A stretch of DNA of 64,000 bases from the NCBI RefSeq assembly GCF_011745625.1, contig NW_027191482.1, positions 1 through 64,000 of the forward strand, written 5' to 3'. Shown in pieces: positions 12,570 to 23,634 of this stretch. This DNA comes from Cladosporium halotolerans (Eukaryota). The notes beneath the pieces were generated by a model. That model was not told the origin of the DNA. It worked only from the letters and a program-made list of their open reading frames with translations, and did no database searches. The position numbers were made by a program, and so were the translations under genes. The stretch's first letter is position 1; each line of letters opens with the position of its first letter.

Positions 12570-15035
12570 TCTTTGAAGGGTTGCGCGCATGGAGGTTTGG
12601 AGATGCGGAGGCGTGAGCGATTGTTTTGCGCTGAAGGAATGATTTGTTTGAGAATTTGTTGGATACGAATGTTATCTCAGAGATGCTGTGCTATATGATT
12701 GCGACACGTGTGTTCAAAGGTAAGTTGGGACGTCCGTTGTTTGCAAGTCAACATCGTCATGTCGCCGCAACGGGTAGAATGCATCGGCTGTCCGAGTCCG
12801 ACGGGTGGATAGATCGTTCCGTTCCCGAGCATCTGGGCCAGGAAAAATCGCCGAAGGCATTTTCAAGACGCTAATGGTTGATTCAAACTTGCTTCAAATT
12901 TTGTGGCATGTACAGGAAAGCACTTGCGCAACGGTATACGACTGTCATTCAGTCTTGATACCTTCGTAGTCGTGAATGTGATCAGATGTGCCTGGCGGTC
13001 AGTGCTTTTCCGTGCTCCACACGTGATGCCCGGCTTCAGCAGCCAGCGCTGGCTCATCCAACTCGCAAGCGCAGCATTCTCCTTCCAACCCTGCAGCAAC
13101 CAACACTTTTGTTCAGGGAATTTGATGCACGGCAAGATGTCTGATATCAGGTCTTTATATTCCAGCCACCGGAAATGATTCGACCTCGCTCCCCGATAGC
13201 GATGCGCGTCCCGACGAGTCACAGCGGGTGAACCACGCAGCGACAGTATCAACAGCGCGCACCCCGTACACTATGGGCGCGCCAAATATTTGGATAGGCA
13301 CGAGCAATTCGGCCTTCTGTATCCTTGTCGAGTCCATCCTACGATACCCTTGGGGTGGGTGGATGAATGTTGACCAGCTTGATGTGAAATATACCGAGGA
13401 AGAGCATGGAGTACACTTCACCACGGAAATTGCATTCAGATTTCATGCATTATGTCTCCTAGGAGAAGTGCAACGATAAATTCGGTCGAGCACAGACATC
13501 CAGAGATTGTTTCGGACACATGGCTGCGCGATCCGAACCTGGGCATGAGCAACATTTCTATCCGCAGAGTATCTGCCGAGCGCTTTGGTCAAAACATCTC
13601 TAGAGCATGGAAAGTTGCTCGCGTGCGATCAGCACAATCTTGAGATACTCCACATTCAGTGCGTCGCTAGAACGTCTGCGACATTGGACGGTCTGATGAA
13701 CTCGACGAAAGTGAGGAACCATCTGCTTTAGCTCTCTATTTTATGCCTTTCGAGCCTGAAGGCACCTTGAAGGTCTGTACGGATGGTAAGTTGCTTCCTT
13801 TAACATTACACGTACCGGTCCCTTGTTCATCAATACAAAAAGAAAGAGCATGGAATCTCATCTGCTGCTATCTCCTTCATTGGAGAGATTTGGGAATCAT
13901 GCCACATTTCCTACGTTGCAACTTCACAAGCACGCGCTATCGAGCACCTTTTGGCCACAGCAGCAATCAAAAATCAGCCACCGATCCGCGCAATGTGCTT
14001 CAAGGCTTGATGGATTCCTGACTATCGCGAGCCCACAAAGTCTGGAAGTCGGTTTCCAAACCTGGTCATGCAACAGTCAGCAACACGAACCAAATGCGCG
14101 GCTTCAAGCCGAAATGATTGCCACTTATGGATTGATGATCAACAAGGCCAAGATTAGAGCAAGGGGCGACATGGTGTCTCTTGACACGCCGCCGATACCA
14201 CAGCCCAGCCCTGTGCGAACCTGCCAGGGGCGTCTGTGGCTCTCGCCTTTCTCTCTGCTGGAGCGGGAATGTTTTGGCTCGCGCAACCAATCGCTCGATC
14301 GGCGAGCTCCAAGCTTCCGAGCGGGGGCGACGGCTCGATCGGCGAAGCGTGCCCCAGGGTGTGTGTCAGCAGCGTCTCCAGCCTGGAGGCAGTCCCGAGC
14401 AAGCATACAGCGAGTGCCAACCCACTGGGGGAGCTCGAGTTGTTCTGGAGAATCTCTGCAAGGCCCTGTGGACGGTGCTGGCTGCGAAATTCTCTGCCGT
14501 TGAGCAGCCAACAGCAGTGCGGAGGCATTCGGGCGCGTGGCGGGCAAGCGCGTTCTTCGGCCTCCTCCCGCTTGGAGGCCCCAGCTGCGACGAAGAGCCC
14601 GCCAAGAGCCCTCCCACCACGCCGTTGACTTCACTCTAGGGAGATAACAAGATAATTCACTTGCGGAGCACCGGCAGGCTGCCGGCATTGTCCTCCGTCA
14701 CTTTGTTCACTGCGCAAACATCACTTTCATCGCGTGGAGGCTGTCTGCAGACCCGTGACACCACGCTGGACCGTGCACGCTTGGGCCAGCTCAGTTAAGT
14801 TCCGCGCGCCTGCTCTGCTCATTTCTTCCAACTCCACAACTCCGTCATCCATCACACCCACAGCAATCCGCCGTAGACGCATCGTCGAAGCGCGTCGCAA
14901 CTACGACGCCCGTCCTTCCACCATCACCACGACCTTTCCCTCCCCACCCCACCACGATCCTACGCGTCGAGAGCGGACGCTACACGTCACGAAGGCCCGC
15001 AAACGCCTCGGCAAGCGTCTCACGTAGTCGCCGTC

Positions 15036-16931
15036 ATGTCTGAGGAGACTCCCATCACCGCCCCGGTCGACGCGCAAGCGGTAAGTCACGGTGTGGATGC
15101 GCGTGGGGTAGCGTCGCCAGGACTGACACACGCACAGCCTGCCTCCGAGAACCAGACCACCGAGAACCCGAAGCCTGAGGGCGAGGCACATATCGCAAAG
15201 GAAGACGAGGAAGCTGCGGGCAAGCCGGCCACCACTGAGGCCACTGCGCCTGACGGCGACAAGCCTGTAGAGGTCGCAGAGGGCCCGTCCGAGCCCGCCG
15301 ACGATGCCACCCCTACCACGAACGGAAAGGACAAGAAGAGGAAGTCTGTCGGCGGCGTGCCGGAGCACAAGGGCAAGAAGCTCAATAAGAAGAAGTCGAT
15401 GCCCAACTTGCAGCTCGACTGCAAGCCTGGCGACTACTACTGGGCTAGGCTGAAGGGCTACCCTCCGTGGCCTGCCATCATTTGCGACGAGGAGATGCTC
15501 CCCGAGTCGCTCCTTGCTACCCGCCCCGTGAGCACCACCAGAGCCGATGGCTCTCTGCGCGACGACTTCAAGGAGGGCGGCAAGAACGCCAAGGAGCGCA
15601 CTTTCCCTGTGATGTTCCTTGCGACCAACGAATTGTACGTAATTCGTCAGGCCTTCACTACTGATTCATCTCACTAACATGATCCGCAGCACATGGCTCG
15701 TCAACACCGGACTCTCCCCGCTTGATCCGGAAGAGTGCAAATCCAAGCCCAACGCCAAGATGACCAAGGCTCTGCAGAGCGCTTACGACATCGCAAGCGA
15801 GGGCCACGACCTCGACTACTTCAAGAAGATTCTGGCTGAGTTCCAGGAGGAGTCCGCCCGCCTTGAGGCTGAGGCTCAAAAGAAGCAGGAGGAGGCTGAG
15901 GCGAAGGCTGCCGCTAAGGCTGAGAAGGATGCGAAGGCGAAGGATAGCAAGGACAAGAAGAAGAGCCGCAAGAGCAAGGGTGGTGCTGACGATGAGGATG
16001 TCGATATGGAGGATGCGGAGGCGCCGAAGTCCTCAAAGAAGCGCAAGAAGGATGCTGGCAGCGACGGCGAAGGGCCTCAGGTACGTGGAGACTCGAACGG
16101 GCGCGACGAAGAACTTATTCAAATACTGACAATCGGCAGCCTAAGAAGACGCCCAAGGTCACGAAGCTTAACGCACCTAAGACTCCGAACGGCGACTCAA
16201 CCCCAGCGAAGAAGGCCTCGAGCGCGAAGCCCAAGAAGAAGGTCACGGCGCCCAAGGCTGAGGAGGAATCTACCGAGGAGAAGAAGGAACTCACTGAAGC
16301 CGAGCGTCTGGACCAGCGCGAGAAGGCCATTCTCTACCTCCGTCACCGTCTCCAGAAGGGTTTCCTCTCCCGCGACCAGGCTCCCAAGGAAGAGGAGATG
16401 TCCGCGATGGCCGAGTTCTTCGGCCAGCTGGAGAAGTACGACAATCTCGAGCCCTCCATCATCAGAACGACCAAGATCCACAAGGTCCTCAAGGCCATTG
16501 TCAAGCTTGCCTCTATCCCCAAGGATGAGGAGTTTGGCTTCAAGAAGCGCAGTGCCGATCTGCTAGAGATCTGGAACAGGCGCATGGAGAGCGAGGGCGA
16601 TGCTCCTAAGCCGGCTGCTGACGAGAAGGCGCCCGCGACCAACGGTGAAGCTGCCACTACCGCTGCCGCCTCTGAGGAGCCCACCACTGGCGATGCCGCC
16701 GAGGGCGCGGAGAAGGTCGAGGAGTCCGCCGAGAAGGCAGCAGACGAAATCGAAGAGAACGTCGACGAGAAGAAGGACGAGCCTGCCGAGGAGAAGTCTG
16801 AGGAGAAGCCCAGCGAGGATGCCCCCAAGGCAGACGCCCCTGCTGAGAAGACAGAGCCAGCCACCGAGGAGAAAGAAGAGGCAGCCGACGGCGACGTCAG
16901 CATGATGACTGCCCCCGAAGAGCAGTCTTGA
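15036..16931 (+). CDS. PWWP-domain chromatin protein (Pdp3/Ioc4-like)
   Basis: GDYYWARLKGYPPWPAII PWWP motif. Introns 15081-15137, 15635-15689 and 16081-16139 all have GT...CTRAC...AG. C-terminal ILYLRHRLQKGFL...IIRTTKIHKVLKAI helical domain and acidic tail. Confidence 0.88.
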
Positions 16932-17679
16932 AGGAACTGAATATTCCCAGCCCTGCTGAAAGGTGCGAACTCTTTCAGCGACGCCTGAGGCCGAATACTA
17001 TGGAGCTTTTGGAGTTTTGAGCAACATGAAAGTTGCGGTTTTGTTCGTACATGGGTTCAGCAATGTCTTGGTCAGAGAACAACGACCTGGGATCTGCGAT
17101 GCGATGCTATGCGGTGCGACTGGCGAAAATGCCTTACTTAGCTTTTGTTTTGTCCTCTATCCGTACTCTGTACTATAGGAGGCGTGTTCATGCAAAATGA
17201 AAAGATTTCCATCAAGGTACCCTTCCGAGTGCTCTTGCGCGGGCTTATGAGCCTGGTTATATTTCCACAGCATCAGCGCGCTTCCTAATCTGTCCGCTGG
17301 ACAATTGCCAGAAGTGGCGCATGTTGAGATCATGCTCATAACGGAATTGACATTCGCAAGGAACACTTTCCTCTTTGGTATTCCGACCAGGATGTCAAAA
17401 GGCTAATTGCCAGCCCTTGTCGCCAAGCTCGGCTATCGAAGTCGTCACATCATTGGAGGTGCGGCTCTCGTCAAAGCACGACATCCCTTTGCCTCCACTT
17501 GATTACATGATAATAGAATCGGTGGTATATCTGCCTCTGCTAGTCATCGCTATCTGAATGCTAGGGAGTATATCAGCATTACCTATTCCTAGCTTTCGAT
17601 ATAACGGATAGCTTCTTTCCCTGGTGACTTGCTCCTCCCAGAACACCAACACAAAGACCGATCCAAGATATCCAACATC

Positions 17680-18753
17680 ATGGGCGGCGGCCCAATAAAA
17701 GAACATGTGCTCATCGCACTCCCCCTCCCAGAACCGACTAGCCTCCTCGACGACCTCCGCTCTCGCTTCTCCCACATCGACATCACCTACCACCAAGCCC
17801 ACCCCGACCAAAACACCCCGCAATCCATCTTCGCCCCCGCCACCGTCCTCGTAACCTTCAATACCCTCCCCGACGATCCCTCCGCCTCCGCTCCAAACCT
17901 CACCTGGCTCCACCTTTTCTCCGCCGGCAGCAACCATATCCAGCAGCACCCCATCTACACCCACTCCAAAACAACAATCACCACCTCCTCCGGCGTCCAC
18001 GGCCCCACCATCGCCGAATGGGCCGTCCTCACCCGCCTCGTCCTCTCCCGCAACTACAAAACCCTCTACGAGCTCCAAAAGCAGCACTCCTGGTCCTCCC
18101 GCGCCGCAGGCGTCTCCTCCGTCCGCGACCAGGTCGGCGCCACCCTCGGCGTCCTCGGCTACGGCAGCATCGGGCGCCAGATCGCGCGCGTCGCCCGCGG
18201 CCTCGGCATGCGCGTGCTGGCGTACACGGCCACGCCGAAGGATTCTGCGGCCAAGCGGCGCGACGGCGGGTTTGTGGTGCCTGGCACGGGGGACGTGGAG
18301 GGCGAGATTCCGGAGAAGTGGTTCAGCGGGCTGGGGAAGGCGGAGCTGCACGAGTTTCTGCGGCAGGGTATTGATTGGTTGGTTGTCAGCGTGCCGTTGA
18401 CGGAGCAGACGCGGGGGTTCTTGGGGAAGGAGGAGTTCGAGGTGTTGAAGGAGGCCGGGGGTCCTGCGTTTGTAACGAATATCGCGCGCGGGCCGATTGT
18501 GGACCAGGAGGCGCTGGTTGCTGCGCTGAAGGACGGGACGGTCGCGGGCGCGGCGCTGGATGTGACGGATCCGGAGCCGTTGCCGGAGAGCAGCGAGCTG
18601 TGGGATTTGGAGAATGTAGTCGTCACGCCGCATATTTCGGGGAGTGGGGTTGCGTATGAGGAGAGGGCGTTTCAGGTGCTGGAGGTGAATTTGGGGAGGA
18701 GGGAGAGGGGGGAGGATTTGATTAATGTTGTTAAGAGGGAGAGAGGGTATTGA
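17680..18753 (+). CDS. D-isomer-specific 2-hydroxyacid dehydrogenase family protein
   Basis: ATG at 17680 (MGGGPIKEH). GVLGYGSIGRQ NAD-binding motif, PLTEQTRG, NIARGPIVD, AALDVTDPEPLP and TPHISG motifs. Confidence 0.92.
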   Translation: MGGGPIKEHVLIALPLPEPTSLLDDLRSRFSHIDITYHQAHPDQNTPQSIFAPATVLVTFNTLPDDPSASAPNLTWLHLFSAGSNHIQQHPIYTHSKTTITTSSGVHGPTIAEWAVLTRLVLSRNYKTLYELQKQHSWSSRAAGVSSVRDQVGATLGVLGYGSIGRQIARVARGLGMRVLAYTATPKDSAAKRRDGGFVVPGTGDVEGEIPEKWFSGLGKAELHEFLRQGIDWLVVSVPLTEQTRGFLGKEEFEVLKEAGGPAFVTNIARGPIVDQEALVAALKDGTVAGAALDVTDPEPLPESSELWDLENVVVTPHISGSGVAYEERAFQVLEVNLGRRERGEDLINVVKRERGY

Positions 18754-18948
18754 TTGGTTGAACATGTGAGTGCCCAGTACGATCTTTATGTAGTTGATTC
18801 TGGCTTAAGAGAATCGGTTTGATAGATTGATCGGGAGCTGCAATGACCGAGTCGTATTTGGTATCGCTTTTGACTTGGTGACTATGTTCATGTTTCGACA
18901 CATATTTTTCTACATTTCAGGAGCCTGATCCGACTCCACATCCTCTCT

Positions 18949-20120
18949 CTACTGTGGTTCCTCATCCCCAAACTTCTCCCACATCTCCCTAACATCAAAC
19001 CCGCAGACCTCTGCTTTCGCCACAATCGCCCTCGCCTTCCCCACAACCGGCACGTCAATCATCTTTCCATCCAGCGTCCAAGCACCCCGCCCTTGCTCAT
19101 CCGCCTTGCGATCGCAAATCAGCACCCGCACAGCCCACTGCACCTCCTTCTCCTCCGGCCCAAACACTCCCTGCACCAGCCTCACCTGCTCCGGGTGAAT
19201 GCACTGCTTGCCGTTGAACCCAAACCGCCGCCCGTTCTCGCTCTCCGCCCGCAGCGCTTTCACCCCAGCCTCGCCGCGGAAGGTCGTGCTGACCAGGTCG
19301 AGCGCGGACGGAATCTCGAAAGCCCTCGCGGCCGTGACGATCGCGCTGCGCGCGTACGTGAATTCGTGCAGGTCCGGCGTGCGCGTGATGGACAAGTCGA
19401 GCGCGAAATCCTCCGCCGCGAACGTCAGGCCCGACAAGTAGGGGGAGGCGGCGCAGATGCCGTTGAGATCCGTGATGGCGCGCGCAGACTCTATGAGCGC
19501 GATGATCTTGACGGGGTTCGGGGAATCCGGCGCGTGGCGATCGGGCAGGGCCTGGCGTAGCACGTCGGTGATGAAGTGCAGGTCGCTGGGGCGGTCAACT
19601 TTGGGCACGACGAGGGCGTCGAGGTGCGTGCCGCGCAGGATCGTCGTGAGGTCTTGCAGGGCGAAGCCGGAGCTGACGCTGTTGATTCGCACGGCTTGTT
19701 CGCGGATGCTGGGGGCGCGGTCGCGGTTTAGGATGGAGAGGATGTTTTCGCGGCTTTCGGGTTTCTTGCTGGGTGTCACGGAGTCTTCGAGGTCGTAGGC
19801 TATGCTGTCGACGGCGAGGGAGCGGGATTTCTCGAGGAAGCGCATGGAAGAGCCGGGGACTGGTGTAGGCGTGTGTTGATTAGCATTCTGTTGATGAAGC
19901 TAACTGTGGTGTGGAAATGATGTTTCCATCGAGCCGAATCGTGATGGCTCAAATAAAACCGTCGATCACGGAAATAAACCAATTCTCCCAAACAGCACCT
20001 TTACAGCCAGAGCACAGTTTGATGAAGCTGTTCCAAGGATTGCAACGAATCGCAAACGGATAGCAATGACCTACCATATAATTGTGCCCGGCGTACGACT
20101 TGTTGTGCAGCACTAGACAT
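18949..20120 (-). CDS. Citrate lyase beta subunit-like (CitE/CLYBL, HpcH/HpaI aldolase superfamily)
   Basis: Exon 1 20120-20075 MSSAAQQVVRRAQLY, 215-nt intron 20074-19860, exon 2 VPGSSMRFLEKS...YDLEDSV...AVRINS...LIESA...FAAEDFALDL...GFNGKQCIHPEQ...LDGKMIDVPV. Confidence 0.9.
19892..20029. mobile_element. Putative MITE-like insertion (118 bp) with 10-bp target-site-duplication-like repeat, inside an intron
   Basis: TGATGAAGCT at 19892-19901 and 20020-20029 directly flanks a segment starting AACTGTGGTGTGG (19902-19914) and ending CCAGAGCACAGTT (20007-20019). These ends are inverted repeats matching at 11 of 13 positions. Confidence 0.45.
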
Positions 20121-21263
20121 GATTTCTGCTCCTCTGAAATCAAAGAAGACACTGTCAGGTATCGAAATGAGCAGCTGAGCCTTCCAATGGCCTCTTAATA
20201 GTATTGAACACAGTAATGTCGACGAAAATCAGCGTGTAGCAACGCAGCACGGTAGTAAGTGACGTCGTCGGCGATACCCGGGAATAATGCAGCGCGCTAG
20301 ACCTCCGCATCCCCAGAGAAGCCAAGCCCGATGACGGCGCCGACATCGCGTGGGCGGCACAGCCAGCGGTTGATCTTGAAGGACGGGGTCAAAGCACGGC
20401 CACGCAGATAGACCACCGACAAAGCGGCAAAATCTCATCCGGATTGCTTTTGATCTGGCTGGACTTTGAGAGCGGCACTCGGCACTGGACGGGACATGCA
20501 ATTGCCGCGCCACATCCAGGGGACATCGCTCGAGGATCTACCATGCATCCAGATCTCACAAGACGAGCCTGTCTCTCCACGCAATAGGCTTTGCTCCAGC
20601 CAGAGATATCAGCCTGGGCGGTGCCTGAATCGCGTGCGGTGTCACTGTGTCAAGCAGCTGAGGACAAGAGGGTTCACGCTTGGTCCCAACTATATTTAGG
20701 GATCTCCGTCTGTAGCTGGAAATGGCCCTAGCCTGTGCAGACCGGAAAATCAGGCCCCCTAAAAGACCCTGCTGCCGGCATCCTGCCGCAACTCTGGCCC
20801 AGGCACCGGCCAATCCAGCTCGTCCTGAACTGTCACCAATCTCCTTTAGTTTCATCCTCGACCTTCAGCCCGCCCACTCGACTACAACCTCACCGGTCGA
20901 GCCTCCCACGTGCCATTCCATGATCTGGGTGGGGCTGTCAGCTTTTCCTACTCCGGAAAATGAGAGACACGCCTTTCGAACAAGCTGGCGAGGTGAACTT
21001 GTGGCTGCGCTACGCTCGAGGGGAGACTTCACGCCTTGACTAGCAGTGGCCCAGCGAGTTGCTCGACCTTGTGCACGGCTGTCTTTGTTCCCAAGAGTAC
21101 GGTGAGGCGAATAGCATGCCCCTTCCTATTTGACTCACGTGTTCCCCGTTTCATTTCCTTGTCCCAGTCCAACCCTACCCATCTTCTTCGTCATTCTCTG
21201 AAGAGCCTCACTCGGACGCAAACGTTACCTACTCTCACCACTTACTACTTACACACCTTCGCC

Positions 21264-21803
21264 ATGCGTGCCTCTACCATGATCTTCGTAGGCATGGCCG
21301 CCTATGCCTCCGCCCAAGACCTCGCCTCTCTCTCCAGCCAGCTAGCCTCTCTCACCAGCGGCACAATGCCTACCGACGACGCCTCCCTGGATGCAGCTCA
21401 GTCCTCTCTTTCGTCCCTGCTACCCTCTCTTGAATCCGCAGCATCTGCCGCTCAGACCTCGTTCGCATCTGGCTTCGCTGGCCTGGACCCTGCCGCCCAA
21501 TCGAGCGTCGCTGCCGGCCTCTCTTCCCTCGGCATCGACTACGGCTCGCTCACTGAGGGCGTCTCTGGCGCGAGCCAGACCGCTGAAGCTTCTGCTTCGC
21601 AGACCGGCGACGACGACAGCTCCGCACAGTCGACCGGCTCTTCTGACTCGACTGGTTCTACCACCGCCGGCTCTTCCGCTGCGTCGACTGGTAGCGCCTC
21701 TGGACAATCTGCCTCATCTACCGACGCTGAGGGCATTGCTGCCGCAACCGCCATCCCCATTGCCGCCATTGGTGCTGGCCTTGCTCTCATTGGCATGTTG
21801 TAG
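21264..21803 (+). CDS. Secreted Ser/Thr/Ala-rich, probably GPI-anchored cell-wall protein
   Basis: Signal peptide MRASTMIFVGMAAYASA-Q, Ser/Thr-rich body, C-terminal omega-like region plus hydrophobic tail GIAAATAIPIAAIGAGLALIGML; 179 aa. Confidence 0.82.
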   Translation: MRASTMIFVGMAAYASAQDLASLSSQLASLTSGTMPTDDASLDAAQSSLSSLLPSLESAASAAQTSFASGFAGLDPAAQSSVAAGLSSLGIDYGSLTEGVSGASQTAEASASQTGDDDSSAQSTGSSDSTGSTTAGSSAASTGSASGQSASSTDAEGIAAATAIPIAAIGAGLALIGML

Positions 21804-22453
21804 AGTGACAACACTTTCTTCGAAGCAAGGATGGAGATTTCGTGTACCGTGTTGCGGACAGAGCTCTCACGGTAGGGGCTACTTCTATATCTAAGATCGA
21901 TGAGTCGTCTTCAGAGCACTTCGCGACATACGCTATGTAAAGACATGTATCAATGACGATTTTAAGACAGCGAAAACTTGTTGTTCAATCTCACGTGTGC
22001 CCATGTAAGAAACTTTTCTCTCCTGCCACCTCACTGCCAACCTCACTACTCTCAGTGTTCGTTTCCACATGACTCGACTGTTCAATGTCTTCAGTGTCAA
22101 CCGGAAGCAAGCCACACATCTCAAGTGAACGACAACCGGCCAAATCAGCGCTCATCCCAGCGCCCCGAGAGGTCTGCTTCATCGTCACCACGAAGCAGAC
22201 CTCACTCCTCCACTCCCAACGATGTAACGCTCGCACTCACGGATCCGTTTGCACCGCCCACTGCGCAGTGAGGCAATGCACGTGAACGCAACATCGCGTC
22301 GTAACCTCCAGCCCTATTTATTCCTCTTACTTTCCTGCCGCTCAGTCAATCTCTTCATCTTCGTCGACAACCTCCCACCTTCTTCCGCCAACAACCAAGC
22401 TCAACAACAATTACAACTACACACACAATCATACACTGCACGCAACAGTCACC

Positions 22454-23197
22454 ATGCGCTTCTCCATCCTCCTCGCCTTGATCTTTGGCTTCATTGCTGC
22501 CTGCGCCTTTGGCCAGGATGATGCTCAGCGATCTGCCACCAACATCGTGGATCCTTCCGACGCCATGACCACACCCGCGCAGACTACTGCGGGTCTCATT
22601 CCAATTGCGACTTTGTCAGCCATGACAGGTGATCCTCTTTTCGCCTTTGTGTCCGCTGAAAATGTGTTGCACTCTCAATGGGTTACCGTCAGCAAGCTCG
22701 ACCCGGTTAAGGTTTCCTCCGTTGCGTCCGCGATGCGCACCGCCTGGGATGCCGCATCTTCTGCCGTCGCCGCTACGGATGCCTCAGCTCGTGCGCACTG
22801 GGGCTCCTACATGTCTTCCATGGCAACCTGGGCTTCAAACAACCCCGCGGCAATCTCAGAATATGTCGAAATGAACTCCGCCCTGGGCTTGGACTTCGAC
22901 CTTTATACGAGTGTCATCGGCTCCATGGTCCAGACCACGACCCCTGCTCCGTCGACCAGTGCCAACACGAGCACCGCTCCGATAACCAGCGACACCAAGA
23001 GCAGCCCCGCCAAGACTAGCGCTGCCTCAACAAACACCACCACAACTGTCACCAAGGAGACCACCAGCCTCAACACCTCCGGAGGCGCCAACTCCACCCA
23101 GTCCTCCTCGAGCAGCACCTCTGACGGCATGGCTCCGGCCACGGCATTCCCCTACGCCGCCGTCGGCGCCGGCTTCCTTCTTGTTGGCTGGCTCTAG
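22454..23197 (+). CDS. Secreted Ser/Thr-rich, probably GPI-anchored cell-wall protein
   Basis: Signal peptide MRFSILLALIFGFIAACAFG-Q, Thr/Ser-rich stalk with NxS/T sequons, tail SDGMAPATAFPYAAVGAGFLLVGWL; 247 aa. Confidence 0.82.
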   Translation: MRFSILLALIFGFIAACAFGQDDAQRSATNIVDPSDAMTTPAQTTAGLIPIATLSAMTGDPLFAFVSAENVLHSQWVTVSKLDPVKVSSVASAMRTAWDAASSAVAATDASARAHWGSYMSSMATWASNNPAAISEYVEMNSALGLDFDLYTSVIGSMVQTTTPAPSTSANTSTAPITSDTKSSPAKTSAASTNTTTTVTKETTSLNTSGGANSTQSSSSSTSDGMAPATAFPYAAVGAGFLLVGWL

Positions 23198-23634
23198 GCG
23201 CCTCGACAACACGGCTTCACTCGTGCTGTTCGCTCTGGGCCACGGCCAGGAAGAGTCGAATTCAGTGGTTTCAGAAATTCTGATCGTTCCCGCCAATAGC
23301 GGAAGACCGCAGCTGCGGTATAATTAGACAAGACGTGCGAATCAAAACTTGCCTTACAATCTTTTATTCTCATGAACCTGCCTTGCTTGTGTCGCATGAT
23401 TATAGGTTCGTGATGTTGCCATCGCATCATGTTCGCCTACTTGCTACTGGATCTTTTGCTGGATCTTCAGAAATCTCGAGTCAAAACCCTCGAGTCAACG
23501 CTCACTGCTCGTTCGTTCTGTTCCAAGGAAAGGAATTGAAAGTTCTTCAAACTCTGACATTGATCCATCACGTGCCCCAAATCGTTGACATTGCGAAACC
23601 AGACTTTTGACCACCTTTACGGTGATATCCATCA

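Noticed and set aside
12860..14100. Lower-GC stretch with protein-like fragments (e.g. WLEYKDLISDILPCIKFPEQKCWLLQGW) and a stray GTAAGT
   Set aside because: I could not assemble a consistent gene or assign a family. It may be a pseudogene, but this needs BLASTX support.
19860..20075. Stwintron interpretation of the long CitE-like intron (internal CAG followed by TTAGCT)
   Set aside because: A [D1,2] arrangement would consume the exon G and frameshift the conserved YVPGS motif, and the internal intron lacks a good branch site.
20155..20346. Ser/Arg-rich upstream ORF as a mitochondrial presequence exon for the CitE-like gene
   Set aside because: I found no convincing donor/acceptor pair that joins it in frame to the ATG at 20120.
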